From Candidatus Omnitrophota bacterium (GTDB lineage: Bacteria; Omnitrophota; Gorgyraeia; Zapsychrales; Zapsychraceae), in assembly GCA_029261065.1 (NCBI GenBank), contig JAJDCB010000011.1, forward strand, positions 47,168-111,167: a stretch of DNA of 64,000 nt. Reading direction: 5' to 3'. Below are more notes on the stretch, generated by a model. That model did not search any database. It worked only from the letters and a program-made list of their open reading frames with translations, and was not told the origin of the DNA. The stretch is not shown here. The first letter of the stretch is position 1.

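Noticed and set aside
836-63716. Most short minus-strand ORFs in the track (e.g. 836-1069, 2015-2339, 8943-9149, 41061-41420, 42771-43136, 45525-45878, 58941-59267)
   Set aside because: They are F/L/S/I-rich translations antisense to K/E-rich coding sequence, with no motifs, RBS or promoter. Only the TA genes, and possibly 3547-3792, look like genuine antisense genes.
1-64000. Explaining the absence of stops by an alternative genetic code or by a stretch of non-coding or pseudogenised DNA
   Set aside because: Recoding is irrelevant because none of TAA, TAG or TGA occurs in frame 1 at all, while frames 2 and 3 are dense with stops. The translation is rich in bona fide domain signatures, so it is coding rather than a decayed pseudogene.
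1-64000. CRISPR arrays, rRNA or tRNA genes
   Set aside because: No short regularly spaced direct repeats separated by unique spacers were seen, and no rRNA-like conserved blocks or tRNA cloverleaf candidates. The only repeats are the in-frame palindromic elements and the coding direct repeats described.

Overview
The whole 64 kb window lies inside one very large open reading frame on the + strand, in frame 1 (codon starts at positions ≡1 mod 3). I walked codons through the first ~26 kb, through 25.8-34.4 kb and through spot checks elsewhere, and found no TAA, TAG or TGA in that frame. The supplied ORF track lists no frame-1 ORF at all, which is only possible if frame 1 runs open off both edges of the window. 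That makes it at least 21,333 codons, partial at both ends. The DNA is AT-rich. The encoded protein is a modular mosaic. It contains TPR and HEAT repeat arrays, at least a dozen transmembrane clusters and two tandem LOG/SLOG-type Rossmann domains. It has five histidine-kinase/GHKL-type ATPase domains, two isoprenylcysteine-carboxyl-methyltransferase-like membrane methyltransferases and two class-I SAM methyltransferase cores. It also has an ATP-grasp fold, a Glu/Leu/Phe/Val-dehydrogenase-like domain, a GNAT acetyltransferase core, an RNase III-like domain and a P-loop kinase-like domain. These are joined by lysine-rich and coiled-coil linkers. Four findings stand out. (i) A short peptide motif, Ser-Ser-Pro followed by a hydrophobic residue, occurs about 55 times at module junctions, encoded by varied codons, which suggests processing or modification sites in a polyprotein-like product. 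(ii) A roughly 72-bp palindromic DNA element resembling Rickettsia palindromic elements is inserted in frame at least six times, and each copy adds a conserved peptide containing an SSPM site. (iii) Four toxin-antitoxin cassettes (DUF433/DUF5615, DUF4258/YgiT zinc finger, BrnT/BrnA and PIN/antitoxin) sit on the opposite strand inside the giant ORF. Each has its own sigma70-like promoter, most are codon-aligned, and none introduces a stop into the host frame. The cassette genes I decoded avoid the Leu/Ser codons (TTA, CTA, TCA) that would create sense-strand stops. (iv) Short linker sequences conserved at DNA level are reused along the gene. No rRNA, tRNA or CRISPR array was seen. All ten + strand ORFs in the track are frame-2 shadows of the giant ORF.
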